DNA of 63,783 nucleotides, counting the filler, from Intoshia linei (Eukaryota > Animalia > Orthonectida), in NCBI GenBank assembly GCA_001642005.1. It is 9 parts of 9 records of this genome, joined end to end, with 100 filler letters (N's around TTAATTAATTAA, not from the genome) between each part and the next. Parts side by side here need not be neighbours in the genome. Positions count along the whole stretch, not along the records: positions 5,030 to 30,450 come from LWCA01000503.1; positions 30,551 to 39,316 come from LWCA01001426.1; 7 more parts are not named here. The stretch is one strand, 5' to 3'. Both the position numbers and the translations under genes were made by a program. A model generated the notes under the pieces. It was not told the DNA's origin. It was given only the letters and a program-made list of their open reading frames with translations, and made no database searches. Below, one piece after another: positions 25,301 through 37,999 of the stretch; the first letter of the stretch is position 1; each line of letters starts with the position of its first letter.

Positions 25301-27214
25301 ATAGTCAAACCAAGAAGCCTGATTGTCCTTTAAATTGGTTTTTATGTTTCTGATTAGTTTATAATTTATAAAAGGAATTTGTGTTTTATAATTGTTTAAA
25401 TAATCTATAGCGGATTGATAAGTTTCCACTTTTCCCATGAAAATTCCATTCATCAACATGTTGTAAAATTTATAAATTTTTGATTTAATTTGTTGAGAAA
25501 ATTCTTTAGGCTGAATATTTATAAAATTTTTAAATTTTTCTCCGTTAACAAAAACATTTGAAACATTTTCGTCGTGAGAATAAATTTTTTTAATGAAATT
25601 GTATTGATTGTGTAATTTTTTGTAATTAGATTCATCAATCTTGTTAGATTCTTTAAAAATAACATCAAGGTCAGCGATATTCATGTATTTTGAAGAAATG
25701 TTTAAAGCGTCCTCTTTCGCCAAATTACTATCCAACAAAGCCAACAATTCAATCAAAAAATTTAAAGGTTTCAATGGATCACGGTGCCGTTCGTTGGTAA
25801 ATATTTTATGAAAAACTTTCATAATGAAACATTGATTGTCATCACCAATGTCGTATTTAAAAACTATTCCATATCTTGCCGGATCATTGGACGAAATTAA
25901 AAAATGTACCACTTGTAAAATTTCGTTCATATTAGATAGATCTACAATAAAAACAAAATTGATTAAATTTTTTCGTATAGGCACCAATTGATTAAAAAAA
26001 AAAGCATTTTTCAGTGCATGCAAAGAATCGGGCCAAGAGGCATATTTATAATCCCTTTCAATGTCATTGAAGTAATAAACATCATCTTGAGGTATATCTA
26101 AAATGAAATTTTCTAATCCAAAATTATAATAACCCTTAATCAAGGTATTTGGAGCATTAACACGGTTTGTAGCTGCGAAAATGGAATCAACATTTTTCAT
26201 TTCAGAAACCAACAAATCAAACATTTTAAACAAATCAAATTTATCTAAATTAACATCCAATCCATTGATAAACAATTTTGAGTGTCCACTGGGTATAAAA
26301 TATTCATCTTCAAAATAATTTTGAATGTTACTATAATCGGTCATGTACTCTCTAGAAATTGAAATATTAGTCAAAAATTGAGTCGACAATAAAAAATTTT
26401 GAGATAAACTGGTACTTCTGTTTATGGCCGCATCAAAATCTTTGGATTCCAAAAGGTATTTGCTCGCTTGTATACCCAACTTTTTAATCAATAATTCATC
26501 AACCTTTTCAATTTCTTCCGGTTTGGGTAATTCACCTTCAAAATCATCATCAAATTTCAAAGATTCCCATTTTTTTGAATCAAAATCATCTGAAATTTTG
26601 ATATTCTCACTATCAAAAGATTTGTATTCCGTGTTTTTTACAGAAATTTCCACTCCATACCCTGGTAGAGAGATTACATTGTCAGTATCATCCAATTCAA
26701 TATTATAATTCTGGTAAACTATTAAATCACCGTACTTATCCAATATATCAATCAATGTCTTAATTGATTTTGAATATAATGATGTGCATAAAACAATATC
26801 ATCGTTTAAACTTTCATTGAAAACGTGCAAAAAGTTTTCAACGTCGCAGGTTATAAAGTCTCCATATTTTATTATATATTCACAATCTTCATTTAATGAT
26901 TTACAACTAATTTGATGACCGGCTACAGCTGGAGAATATTTTCGCAGAGCAATTGCGCTGAATAACACTTTATATTCAAATTCATTTAAAAATTCCTGTG
27001 CACATTTCGTATCTAAGTTTTTTAACTTTTCCAAAGGTTGGTTAGATAAACATTTTATATAATCCCATAAAATTACGCTATGATACTCTTTAAAATGTTC
27101 TATTGTTTCGGCAAGTTCATTTGTGGAATTCCAATTTGGGTGCAGTTCTATGTGAGCAAATTTAGAAACTAAAGTCGACACTAAATAAATCAAAAAAAAA
27201 CTGATATTTAACAT
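19304..27214 (-). CDS. UGGT: UDP-glucose:glycoprotein glucosyltransferase
   Basis: Signal peptide and 3.7-kb exon 1 ([39 protein letters not shown]). Small exons follow: [15 protein letters not shown] (~22242-22313), [43 protein letters not shown]. The last exon ends DFKNEL*, a KDEL-like ER retention signal. Confidence 0.96.
19805..20045 (+). mobile_element. Helitron 3' fragment in UGGT intron
   Basis: Matches the family 3' segment (ATGGTTCCACCTG...CTCGGCAGAGCTAG) with a degenerate end. Confidence 0.75.
20700..21001. repeat. Element with inverted arrays of TGTCAGTA / TACTGACA
   Basis: GTCAGTA-like motifs repeat in the left half and TACTGACA in the right half. Related pieces occur at ~28510-28570 and ~40890-41030. 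Confidence 0.65.
21150..21307. mobile_element. Tigger-like MITE nested after a hAT-like end at 21099
   Basis: CAGTAATATCTCGCTTAAC...GTGAGGTATTACTG|TA. Sister copy at 58078-58251. Confidence 0.8.
22850..23300 (-). mobile_element. Diverged Helitron fragment
   Basis: Similar to 420-900. Confidence 0.6.
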
Positions 27215-27559
27215 TGAAATAAATTAATATTTATTTTAAATGTACATGTATTTGGGGTTGTCGTGAAAAATTTTCAACATACAGATTTAGTGATAATTCA
27301 GGTCAATTTAGAAATAATCTTATAATAATAAGCTTAATTAACTCACCGGTTATTTATAACTAATTTACTTATTACGACATTTTGACGCATTAATGCATCA
27401 TTTCTATTTTATGCATTGAGATTAAATGACGCATTTTTGAGTCAAACGCTTTAACACGTATTATTCATTAAACATCAGTTCATATTGACACTTATTTTAT
27501 ATAATTAGATTGTATATTGCAAATTGAATCGATTTTTTTAATTGGAATATAAATACACC

Positions 27560-28320
27560 TTGTGACGTTAAGTTAATTACGTTCGAAGGGATTCCTATAA
27601 CCAGTGATGATATAAAACAAAAACTGAGATCTCGAAATTTATTCGATATTTTCAAAATTATGTTTTATCAATTGTTTGATCGAATCTCAGAGGAAACCAA
27701 CATATATGCTGAATCTTTCCATGATGACACATGGAAAGAAACTAATTGTAAAGAAATGTTGCTTTATATAGCTATTGTTATATTAATGTCTCAAGTTAGA
27801 GAATCACAATTAAGACATTATTAATCCAAACGTGAAGTATTAGGAACACCTATTTTCAGTAAAATAATGTCATTTAACAAATTTATTATTTTATCAAAAT
27901 ATCAACATTTTCATTTCGATCTCAAAGACGACACTGACAAATTAAAAAAAATCAGACCAATTCTAAGATATTCAAAAGATAAATTCATGTCTATTAATAA
28001 ACCTGTAAAATATGTAGCGATTGATGAAAGCATTATGAAATGTAGGGCTCAATTAGGATACATCCAATTAAACCCAATGAAAAGAGCAAGATTTGGTACA
28101 AAATTCTACAAATTATGTGAGTCGAAAACTGGATACTGTTACACTTTTAAAATATACACAGGATATGAAGAAAATACAGATAAAGATTATGTTATTAGCA
28201 TGGATAACTTTTATTCTTCATCTAAATTATATAAACAATTTTTAATGCAAAATACTTACGCATTTGGAACGTTAAGAGAAAATAGAAAGAATATTCCAGA
28301 TCATAGAAAGTCTATAGTTT
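27560..28320 (+). pseudogene. piggyBac (PGBD4-like) transposase remnant
   Basis: KLKKIRP, VAIDESIMKCR, YIQLNPMKRARFGTKFYKLCESKTGY, MDNFYSS, GTLRENRK. There is an upstream stop and an apparent internal deletion. Confidence 0.88.
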
Positions 28321-28321
28321 T

Positions 28322-28428
28322 AAAAATTCCAGTTTTACGAACACTAAAAGGAAAAATTCCCGTTTTAACAACCCTAAAAGGAAAATTCTAGTTTTACCAA
28401 CCTTTAAGGGAAAAATTCGGTTTTACAG
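28322..28428 (+). repeat. ~30-bp tandem array
   Basis: 3-4 units of AAAATTC(C/T)AGTTTTAC(C/G)AACC(C/T)TAAAAGG. A related array lies at 41140-41200. Confidence 0.8.
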
Positions 28429-28907
28429 AATTGCGGAGTATCCCATAAAAACTCAATATCACAAACAAAACAAAAGGAACTTCTCAAATAGAAAGATTAC
28501 GATAAACAAGTTATTTGTCAGTAGAAATATTGAATTTTCAGTTGATATAATGGATTGTCAGTATTTAAATTGAAACTGATTAAAAATGCATTTGTAAAAT
28601 ATATGACAATACTCTACTATTGCCATAATTACATTCTATTTGTTCTCATAAAAAAATATTCTCTGGTGTGAACAGCATAGAATCATAAACATTATCATAA
28701 ATAGAAACTTTAAAAAAATAATTTTCATAATCAAAACCTCACATTTTTTTTATAACTGAAAACAGCACTAGTTTATATATATTTAATTGAACTTAGTTTT
28801 ATGGTGGAACTTATTTTAAATAAAGCATGTAAAAAATTTGAACGGACACGGGTTTGTATATGCAATGTATTTGTTTCGCAGCTGTAAACGTTACAAAATA
28901 CACAAAT

Positions 28908-30315
28908 TTAGTTAATTTTTTTAATTTTATTGATATTTACAACAAGTGTGGAATGATCTGAGTCACATTCAATGACGTAATTGTTACATTTTTTTTGAAC
29001 AACGGTAAATATTTCATCAGAGAATGGGAAGTCGAAAGGTCTTTTACTGGTCTTCACATTGGTGTCGAAATCATGTTTGACTCGGACTTTATCACCTATA
29101 ATAAAATATATTGATTGAGACATGGTTTCATACCGATATCTAGATTTTTCACGTTTGCATTATTATCACTGACCATTTTATTATATAGCTTGTGGATTCA
29201 CCGTTGTGATCTTCAACATCAGCCTTATGACTAAAAATCGAGGTAAAAATTAAAATTATGTATATATTATAATAATATTTACGTATTAAAACCAGGACAA
29301 TTGTGGAATATTGAAAATGGTGTTTTATTCGTAGCTCTATGCACTGTTGTGTTGTATTTTCGAACAACTGCATCTATTACGTTTATCCATCTTTTATCAC
29401 CGTCCAACGTTTTACCAATCCACCTCTTTAAGGTTTATTGGCACTACATTTAATAAAATATAAATGACATCAAAACAAACCGTTCTACTTGTCCTTGTGA
29501 CTAAGGTGTCTAGGCCTACCATGAACGATACTAACTAACATTTTGTCACATAAGCCTTCTAGTTCACTATTTTTAAACTCTCGACCATTGTCTGTATGCA
29601 AAATTTCTGGCGAACCATATCTATTAAAGATTTTTTAATGAAATTTAGATCGCATTTTAATTGCACTTTTTTCCTTTAATTTAGCTACCCACATATATTT
29701 CGAATAACAGTCAATGATATTCAAAATATATTTGTAGCCCTTATTTACATCTTGATATTCTAGAAGATTATGCCGTCAGCCATGTATCGTTCACGTACTT
29801 TAAGTGTAATTATGGGAGTATAGGCGTTACAGTTGTTAATCCGAATCATTTTTGACATACTTGACATTCAGAAACTATTTTGGCTATTTCATTTTGTTTA
29901 ATATTGAAAAATCGTAGTGTCTTATCACCAAAATTTATCACCAGTGGCCATCTATGTGTATTTTTAATACATTTTTTTTTCATCAACTTCATCATCACTA
30001 AAAACTTTTAGCTTTGAATCTCCTTTAATTAGAACATTTAATATATACGGCATAAATAACTTAAAAACCTCTCAAAAAAAACAATTCACCATCTTTAACT
30101 GTAAAGTTTATAGCCTTCATCTTGATTTTGTATTTTTCTTGTTTACTCAAAGTAATTAGATCTTCTCCTTGCAGAATATTAATTACATTCATTTTATCTT
30201 GCACAGTTTTAAAAATAAAATTTTTAACCATGATGGACAAGAATGTGAGTTTTGCTGGTACCCGCATGGGCTTGTTGGTTTTTCTTACCAGCATTAAAAA
30301 AAATAGTACCAGCAC
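28908..30315 (-). pseudogene. Stand-alone integrase (HHCC + rve + C-terminal beta domain), Ginger/KRBA2-like, degraded
   Basis: ECQVCQK, VRERYMAD, GYKYILNIIDCYSKYMW, RYGSPEILHTDNGREFKN, IVHGRPRH, GQVER, and IGDKVRVK tail. No RT/RNaseH seen upstream within this contig. Confidence 0.8.
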
Positions 30316-30550
30316 AATTATTTATAATCGAAATTTTAGATTAATAATTTGTAGTGTTATTTCTATTTCCAATAAGATAAAAATAATAAAAGAAGGTTAA
30401 AGTTAAATGATTAATACAGTACATATAAATGTATATATTATGGTAGTGTCNNNNNNNNNNNNNNNNNNNNNNNNNNNNNNNNNNNNNNNNNNNNTTAATT
30501 AATTAANNNNNNNNNNNNNNNNNNNNNNNNNNNNNNNNNNNNNNNNNNNN

Positions 30551-31003
30551 ACACATTCCCGATGAAAAATAATTTTTAATATATTATCAACCAATATTTT
30601 TCAATTATTTTGATTAAAATCAAAAATTGAAAATGTAAATATTGATCCTACAAGTTCAAAAAAAATGTGCATTGTACGTCTACACATTTCCAATGAAGTT
30701 CACACATTCTGTCTAATAAATTAAAAAACTGGGATAACAATTTTTTTTAAAATTCTTTACGCAAATGTTAACAAAAACAAATTAACATGGAATAATTCAC
30801 TTTAAAATAAAAAGAAATGTGATATGATGGTTCCACCTGAAACAAATTGGAGAACCACTTCTTTAAACGATTGATAATAGTGAATAGTAGGATTTTGCAG
30901 TTAGATTTTCAACATGAATTTATTTTTTCATTATTTTTTTATAAAAATGTGCCCTTGGCAGAGCTAGGTGCTGTTTGTACGTAGTACATAACAGTCAAGC
31001 TAG
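30551..31003 (+). mobile_element. Helitron copy (internally deleted) with intact 3' end
   Basis: Ends with the hairpin plus TCAAGCTAG|T. Confidence 0.85.
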
Positions 31004-31342
31004 TTTTGTTATAAAATTGAAATATAATGGCGGTATTAACAGATCTGACTGTATAATGTAAATAAGCATTTTGTATTAATTAATTTTGAGGAAAATCTAC
31101 TTTTAGCAATTCTATTGAGAAAAATCGAATTTACGATTAAAATTCTTTTAAAACTGCATAATAAATTATTATGTTAGTTTAGAATCTAAATTTTAGATTT
31201 TGTATCGATTGCCACCTTTAGTTCTGATTGTTGACTGTATTTAACCGTTTAGTAGATACTGAATAGATGTGAGATAAAGTAATAATACATGGATATAACA
31301 TTTAATTTTAATTTTAATGATTTAAACACACAATCTAGTGAA

Positions 31343-31904
31343 TTACATTCCACAACTTCCTTTGCTTTTTTCTTTTGCTAAAAATGCAATTGAAATTGTG
31401 GGGATACAACTTATACGTAACAGTTACGTGATATAATAAAAATATAATCATAAAAAGTTTATAATAAAGTAAATACCTATGCAAGCATTATCATTCCACA
31501 TGCACATATGATCCATCATATTGCACATTATTTCAAATTTTACCTTTTTGCACATTGCTATTTAAACAAAAAGTTACGATACTATAATAAAAATATAGTA
31601 CCATTAAAGTTCATCATGCATTTACCATCCATTTTCATGCATGAATTTGCTGGTACACAGTTGTCTTTTTCCATCATACATACCACTAACCAAATATAAT
31701 TCATTTAACAATCAAAATTACCACTTATACACTTATTCTGTGAGTTCATCGTGCACATGGGGTTTTTATCACAATCATCTTTAATTTTGTCATCACAATC
31801 TTCAATTAAATATTTAAATGTATTATATTGTAAAAGTTACGTGTCTTTGCAAGACAAGATGTTACCAGTGTCATGAAGAGTACAAATTTAGTTATAATGT
31901 GCAT
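31343..31904 (-). CDS. Unrecognised small secreted Cys/Met-rich protein, 5 exons, 113 aa
   Basis: Exons 31904-31841, 31799-31722, 31685-31602, 31557-31477, 31377-31343, with all introns phase-1 GT-AG. Protein: MHIITKFVLFMTLVTSCLAKTHCDDKIKDDCDKNPMCTMNSQNKCISVVCMMEKDNCVPANSCMKMDGKCMMNFNAMCKKVKFEIMCNMMDHMCMWNDNACIAKEKSKGSCGM*. Confidence 0.75.
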
Positions 31905-32949
31905 TTTAATATAAAATTTAAAATTATATTCGATATATTCAAAATAGTTAAACTAGTCTATATTTATTATCTTTAAAATGAGAATATTAAATATTTATTT
32001 ACAAATTTGGCACATTTACAATATTTATTATTCATCAATATTAATTTATTACTCAATTCAAACAAGTTTCATATTACAAACCATCATGCCATATATAATG
32101 AAAATATATTTTCTAGAGTGGTGGTAGTATTGTTTATCTTTTATAATCGGTTATATTTACATTTCCGAATATAATTTAGTTTTCACCATTATTTTTTCAA
32201 ATTTATTAAAATGGAGTCATTTTTAGAATATGGAACCAGTGTTTTTTAGCAGGTGGGCATTCTTAGGGTCGATGAATGCATGCGGTTATTTTATAATTTT
32301 GTAAATTCAAAATTGGTTATATTCATGTAATAAATTAATCTTAAATCAACAGTCATTTTGACTTTAACACATTTCGGTTGCAAAATTTTAATAAATGCAC
32401 TAATGAAAAATTGCAATTTTACAATTTAATATACCCTACCAGCAATTGTGTAATTGATATAAACCTGTCTAGAGGAACATACGTTTTTTAATTTTTATTA
32501 TATGATTCAGATTCACAAGATTAATTTTAAGATCCGTCATTGGAAAAAAAATCGAATATATTCGTAAATATTTAATTTGAGAAAGCCTCAACAATTTTGC
32601 AAAACAATAAAAGGGGTAATAAATTGAAACTTAATTTTAAATGAATGTGATATACTTGAGATACAATTTTTACTTGTTTTTGCAATTTTATAGTTTTAAG
32701 TGTAATAAATATTACTCATTATAATAGATAGTATACATACCTAAAATAATTTATCATCTAAAAATGACACGCAATTAGAAAAAAAAACAGTAAAAAAAAA
32801 TTGTTGACACCAACTGTAAAGTCTAACATTACTAATACATTTAATGTATAATATTTTTATTTATCAAACAGTAAATAAATTTAATTTGAAGTTTCCATAA
32901 TATCTAGAAATTTAAAGTTACTTTTACAATTTTGATGTATGTATGAACG

Positions 32950-33609
32950 AGTGTTTTTACGATCGAATTACCACTGTAACTAGAAATTTAAAACATTACT
33001 TTTTAAATCAGTAAAAGATCGATCAAACTCTTCTTTTCATGATTTCATAATTCCAACATATTTTGGTACATTCGTACTTTGGATTTTTTTATTTAAATAG
33101 GGAAAATGTTGAAAAAAATTATCTTCAAAATTATGAATCCATAAAATTATAGATTATAAGCTACTATATTATATACTATATAAGCTAGATTATAAAATTA
33201 ATCATGAATCTGAAAGCTACATAGGATTTGACTAATCGTTTATGTCGTATATAATCGTACTAAATTCTTTAAATCGTTTATGTTTAGATTCTAGAAATAA
33301 TTTTATTTCAAATAGTATATTGTAAAATCTTTTGAGCATTTTTCCTATTGAGAGCCACCTTGCGTGAGTAAAATATAATATATCATTAAAATCACTTTCA
33401 CATTCTTTTAAAAAAGTTTGAAATTGGCGATGGTTGGATCCATGCCTTTTTAGAAAGTTTATGGCATTTATGACTATTTCACATAAACCATTTATGTCAT
33501 AAACTTGAGAACATAATGCCTGTTGATGAATGTAACAGTGATATGATACACCATTTTCATTTCTATTGTCAGAAGCGTACCTTTTTAACAATGTAGCGAC
33601 CCCAACCAT
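32950..33609 (-). pseudogene. hAT Buster/SPIN (GTF2IRD2-like) transposase remnant
   Basis: YHCYIHQQALC, NHRQFQTFLKE, ILYFTHARWLSIGKMLKRF. Its 5' side abuts a Helitron. Confidence 0.88.
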
Positions 33610-34267
33610 TTACCTTATTTTTAATATTATACACACATTCTGTCTAATAAATTAAAAAAATGGGATAACAATTGTTTTTAAAATTCTTCACGCAAATGTT
33701 AACAAACAAAAAATTAAGATGGAATAACTCACTTTAAACTAAAATGTAATGTGATAATACGGTTCCACCTGAAAAAAGTTTGGGAACCACTCCTTTAAAG
33801 GATTTTTAACCCTTATGACACCATTGCATGTATAGATGCCAAAAACTACTCATAAATTTACATTGGTTTGTATATATACAAACCAAAATAAGGGGGTACC
33901 AATATAAATTATGAACAAATTATTGCTCACACAATAACATGTAATTAAAATTAATATTATTATCAATGTTTACTTTGTGTCAAAAGTAAAATAAATTAAA
34001 TATATTTTATTGCTAATTCTAAGCCAAATATAAGTTGTTCACTTTACAAATCAATGACATTTGAAATTTCTGAATTTTAAGCTTTACATTTTAGTGTTTT
34101 TTAACATTTCAACAATGAAAATTTTTTGCTTTCAATTTTGAAAATCAGCATAGTCTTGTAAGGGTTAAGTTAGATTTTCAATGTGAATTTATTTTTTTGG
34201 TATAATAAAAATGTGCCATCGGCAAAGCTAAGTGCTGTTTGTACGTAGTACATAACAGTAAACCTAG
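33610..34267 (+). mobile_element. Helitron 3' part, interrupted by a piggyBac MITE
   Basis: Ends with the hairpin plus AAACCTAG|T. Confidence 0.85.
33810..34164. mobile_element. piggyBac-type MITE nested in Helitron
   Basis: TTAA|CCCTTATGAC...GTCTTGTAAGGG|TTAA. Removing it restores the Helitron sequence GGATTTTTAA-GTTAGATTTTC. Confidence 0.8.
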
Positions 34268-36881
34268 TTGACTTATATAAAATAAGGATATAAATAATAT
34301 ATTTATATAAAAACAATTAAAAATTCATTTTCGGAACAAAAGAGAAAACGTTTCTTTCATACATGAACAGCTTTTGGTGGGTGGTAAATCAGAAACATGG
34401 AATTTTCCAATATAATCGTATGGTACATTTTTTTTAAATTTTTTTCGATTTTTTCGAGTTTCCTGTCGAATAAATTTAAAAGATTCTCGGTACATTTTGT
34501 CAAAATTGGCTAAAAAAAATTTACAATTTTTTAAAAAATACATAATTTAATATATTGAAACTATACAAAATATACTCCTCATTGAGACAAACGAAAAACA
34601 TAGAAATTGACAAAAAATAACTGTAAATGTTAACTATTAAAAATTTTAATAAAAATAAATTGTGCTAGATTATCCTTATCAAAAATTGCACGTTTTAATA
34701 ATAAAATACGTGTTTCTAATACACACTATTATTATTAAACTTGAAATTTAGATTTAGACAAAAAACAAAATTATTCCAAATACACGAAGCAATATAAATT
34801 TATAAAAATAATAAAAACTTGCCTAAATTTGCATTCGTCCCGTAAACAAATGTGACTAGAAACTTAAGTTCATGGTATATACTAAATATACTAAGAGAAC
34901 TAGCCAATATTTTATTTTGAGATAATATAAGTCTTTTTTTCATCAAGAGTAAAATTGGTTGGATTAATACATTACGTTCAATGTGCCACATGATAAATAC
35001 AATGTGCCTAAAATGCAATTATATAGTATTAGGTAGACAATGTGTGATATTTTAAAGGGTATTAGACTAAACATGAGTCGAAACTTCCAAAATGTTTACT
35101 GTAATTTAAATTTATTATTATTATTATTAATATTGTTAGTTAAATATTGCAATATGTGATATATTATTATTAGAAACACACATAACAAGAATTATTAAAT
35201 AGTTAAAATTAAAATCAAAATAAAAAAGCAATATTTAATTTCTTCTTTTCAATTTTCTTTTTTTTAAAGAAAAACTTACTTTTTTGAAAGAAAAAAATTT
35301 TCGAAAATATTTGAGTTGATTATTTTATCTAAAATAAATATAAAAATATTAAATTAATCAAACCATATTTATGATAATGATATAATTTTAACTGATTAAA
35401 TTCATTAAAATGGTCCAAATACACGTCAATATTTATTAGAAAATCATTTTCAGTTTCTTTTGTTGATCCCTTATAGTTTTTAACAAAATTCTGTAAATAA
35501 TATTAATACATCAAATAAGCTTCAATGCTTAGGAGTGGTTTCAAAATATAGAAGGCTAGTTGTAAATTACAAATTGTAATGCACAATAATAATACTGACG
35601 ATTCAAATAAAAACAGATAAAAGGTTTCTGGATAAATTCATTCAACAAAAAATTTTGTAAATCAATAAGAATTTCAGATTTTATAATTTTATTTTAGAAT
35701 TAATATTTTTCATACACCACGAATTATAATATCATAGCATCCAAGATATATGGACTTGATTTATGTTTATTAATTAAACAAGTAATAATAATTTCAAATA
35801 TTTTATTTTAAAAATTTTTTAAAAATGTCCGCCCTCGGCAGAGCTGGGATTAAATTAATAAAAATTTATTGGATTGAATTTAACAATTATAAATATTCAA
35901 TGAACTGTTTATGATATAACTTAATAAAATTTATTTTTTAAATGATAATTAATTAGATCTAATAATAAATGAAGTAATTAAAAATATAGTTTAGTAAATG
36001 AATTTACATTTCTTTGTTTCATAAATTTTCTAGCAATAAAATAATTGTGACCCGCGATGGTTCTAAATTATTCCATATTGATAAAATGTGGCCCTTCTAA
36101 AAAAAGGTTGATAACCCCTCGTCTAGTGTAATAAATAAACTATATCGCCAAGTTTATATAATTGGGTAAATTAAAAACCACCGATCCAAGACATTAAAAT
36201 TACCTGAATAATAAATGAGGACCTTAGTATTGCATTGGGCAAATGGTTTGGAAAATTTGTCTTGTTAAAATACCAAATCTAGATTAATATAATTAAAAAA
36301 TAATATCTAGATTTCAAATAAAAGAAATACGATATAATCACAAGAACATTCAACTCTGTCAGAAAAAATGGAAATTTTATATAGTAATCAATCAATTTCA
36401 AACTTAATGTGATGTCTTTTCATAACCCCTTTCGAAAAATGTTCATTTTGATATAAATATATTGACTTCAAGGGTAATCCATAAGTGTTAACCAATTACT
36501 TTTTATAAAATAAATCAAATATAAGCTAAAAATTTATCGTAAAAATATTCTGATTTGAAAGAGTACAAAATATAGTTTACCAAATTCCAAAATAATATGG
36601 AATGATTTTGGGAAAAATTATAGTCAATAATACAATCAAATTTGTAATCGTCAAACAAATTTTCCATCTGCTTTTGAAGTACAAATGGATTTAAATAAGC
36701 AATATTGAACTTTTCTGTATGCTCAAACCTAAAATATAATTAATATTGCTAGCATCGATATGGTGCACGTTAAAAATCGCGATCATCATAATATCAATGT
36801 TAATAACAGTGACTATAGTAATAACGTCCTTTAAAACAGCGACTTTTCCACTAACCCATTAACCCTTCCATTTTTTCAAGT

Positions 36882-37385
36882 ATGCACATTCATCCTCCAA
36901 ATCCCGCAGTGATATCAGTGCGAAAATGTGAACACGTTGTTAAAAATCTCGCTATTTCCACTAGAGATCAACCTCAAAGCATTTTACAGGCTGTAATGCA
37001 AGATTTAACAGAAGAAACGTCGTCGCAGATTGTAACATCAAGCAATTTAAGACAAACTATTAGATGCAAACGGAGATTAGAAGGTTTTCATCCAACAATC
37101 CCTTATGATATTAGAGAGTTTTTATTGTACGATAATGGTGTTGGCCACGAAAATAGAATTTTTATATACTCTACCACAAGCTTACTGCAAATTTTGAACG
37201 ATTCAAAGCATTGGATGTGTGATGGAACATTCAAAGTATCACATAATTTATTTTACCAGGGGTTCCATCCATGTTTTAATCAGGAACAATCTTGTATCTT
37301 GTGTATTTGTACTTTTACCGAACAAATGCCAAGCCACGTATGAAACAATGATGTACCAATTATTGTCATTAAAGAATAGTCTAGA
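36882..37385 (+). pseudogene. Mutator/MULE transposase remnant
   Basis: HIHPP, FLLYDNG...RIFIYSTT, HWMCDGTFKV..LFYQ, then a frameshift. Confidence 0.85.
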
Positions 37386-37386
37386 C

Positions 37387-37925
37387 CAGTGATTCTTAAC
37401 CTGGGCGATAACGCCCCTTGGTGTTTTTATGATCGAATGGAGCTAAAATATTTTTATCGCATCAGTTTGGATTCCAATATAACATCAGATTATAACCGTT
37501 CAATGAGCATAGCTGGCACAGTGGTTATAGTCACATGATTATTTCGTAGACAGGGTTTTTATTCATCTTTGTAATCTTTTTATTTAGGTGAACTCATTAT
37601 AATTAAACATTACATTCAATTTTAATTAACAACCTAATTAGTATTTATAATACCCATTTTTCGCAAAGTAAATTAATTAAACGAATATATCATCGTTCGA
37701 ATACATGAATATTAAAAAAAGATGCCGTTATTCCTTCACCAAATAAATATACAACTTCCAATGTGTTCAATATGAGAAAAAGTATTTTAGTTATTTAAAT
37801 ATTTTAATCATAATTCAGATTTTTTCAAATGAAGGAATGAAACCTTCACGAATGGTGGTTCATTTGAAAGAAAAGCATCCCGATAAAGCTGAAAAAAATT
37901 TGGAATACTTTCGTAATTTAAAAAT
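37387..37925 (+). mobile_element. hAT (Buster/Charlie-like) 5' end with BED-finger remnant
   Basis: TCTAGAC|CAGTGATTCTTAACCTGGG TIR, and FSNEGMKPSRMVVHLKEKHPDKAEKNLEYF. Confidence 0.65.
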
Positions 37926-37999
37926 TTTTAATAATTAATTAATTAATTATTAATATTAATTTCTGGGTTGGAATTTTTGTATTTATAAAAAAAAATTTT

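Noticed and set aside
26424-26708. Short antisense or overlapping ORFs (also 4709, 10375, 30122, 31508, 43055, 49772, 59996, 63173)
   Set aside because: They are shadows of real coding sequence on the opposite strand.
28322-28428. 30-bp repeats as a CRISPR array
   Set aside because: The units are contiguous with no unique spacers, the context is eukaryotic, and there are no cas genes.
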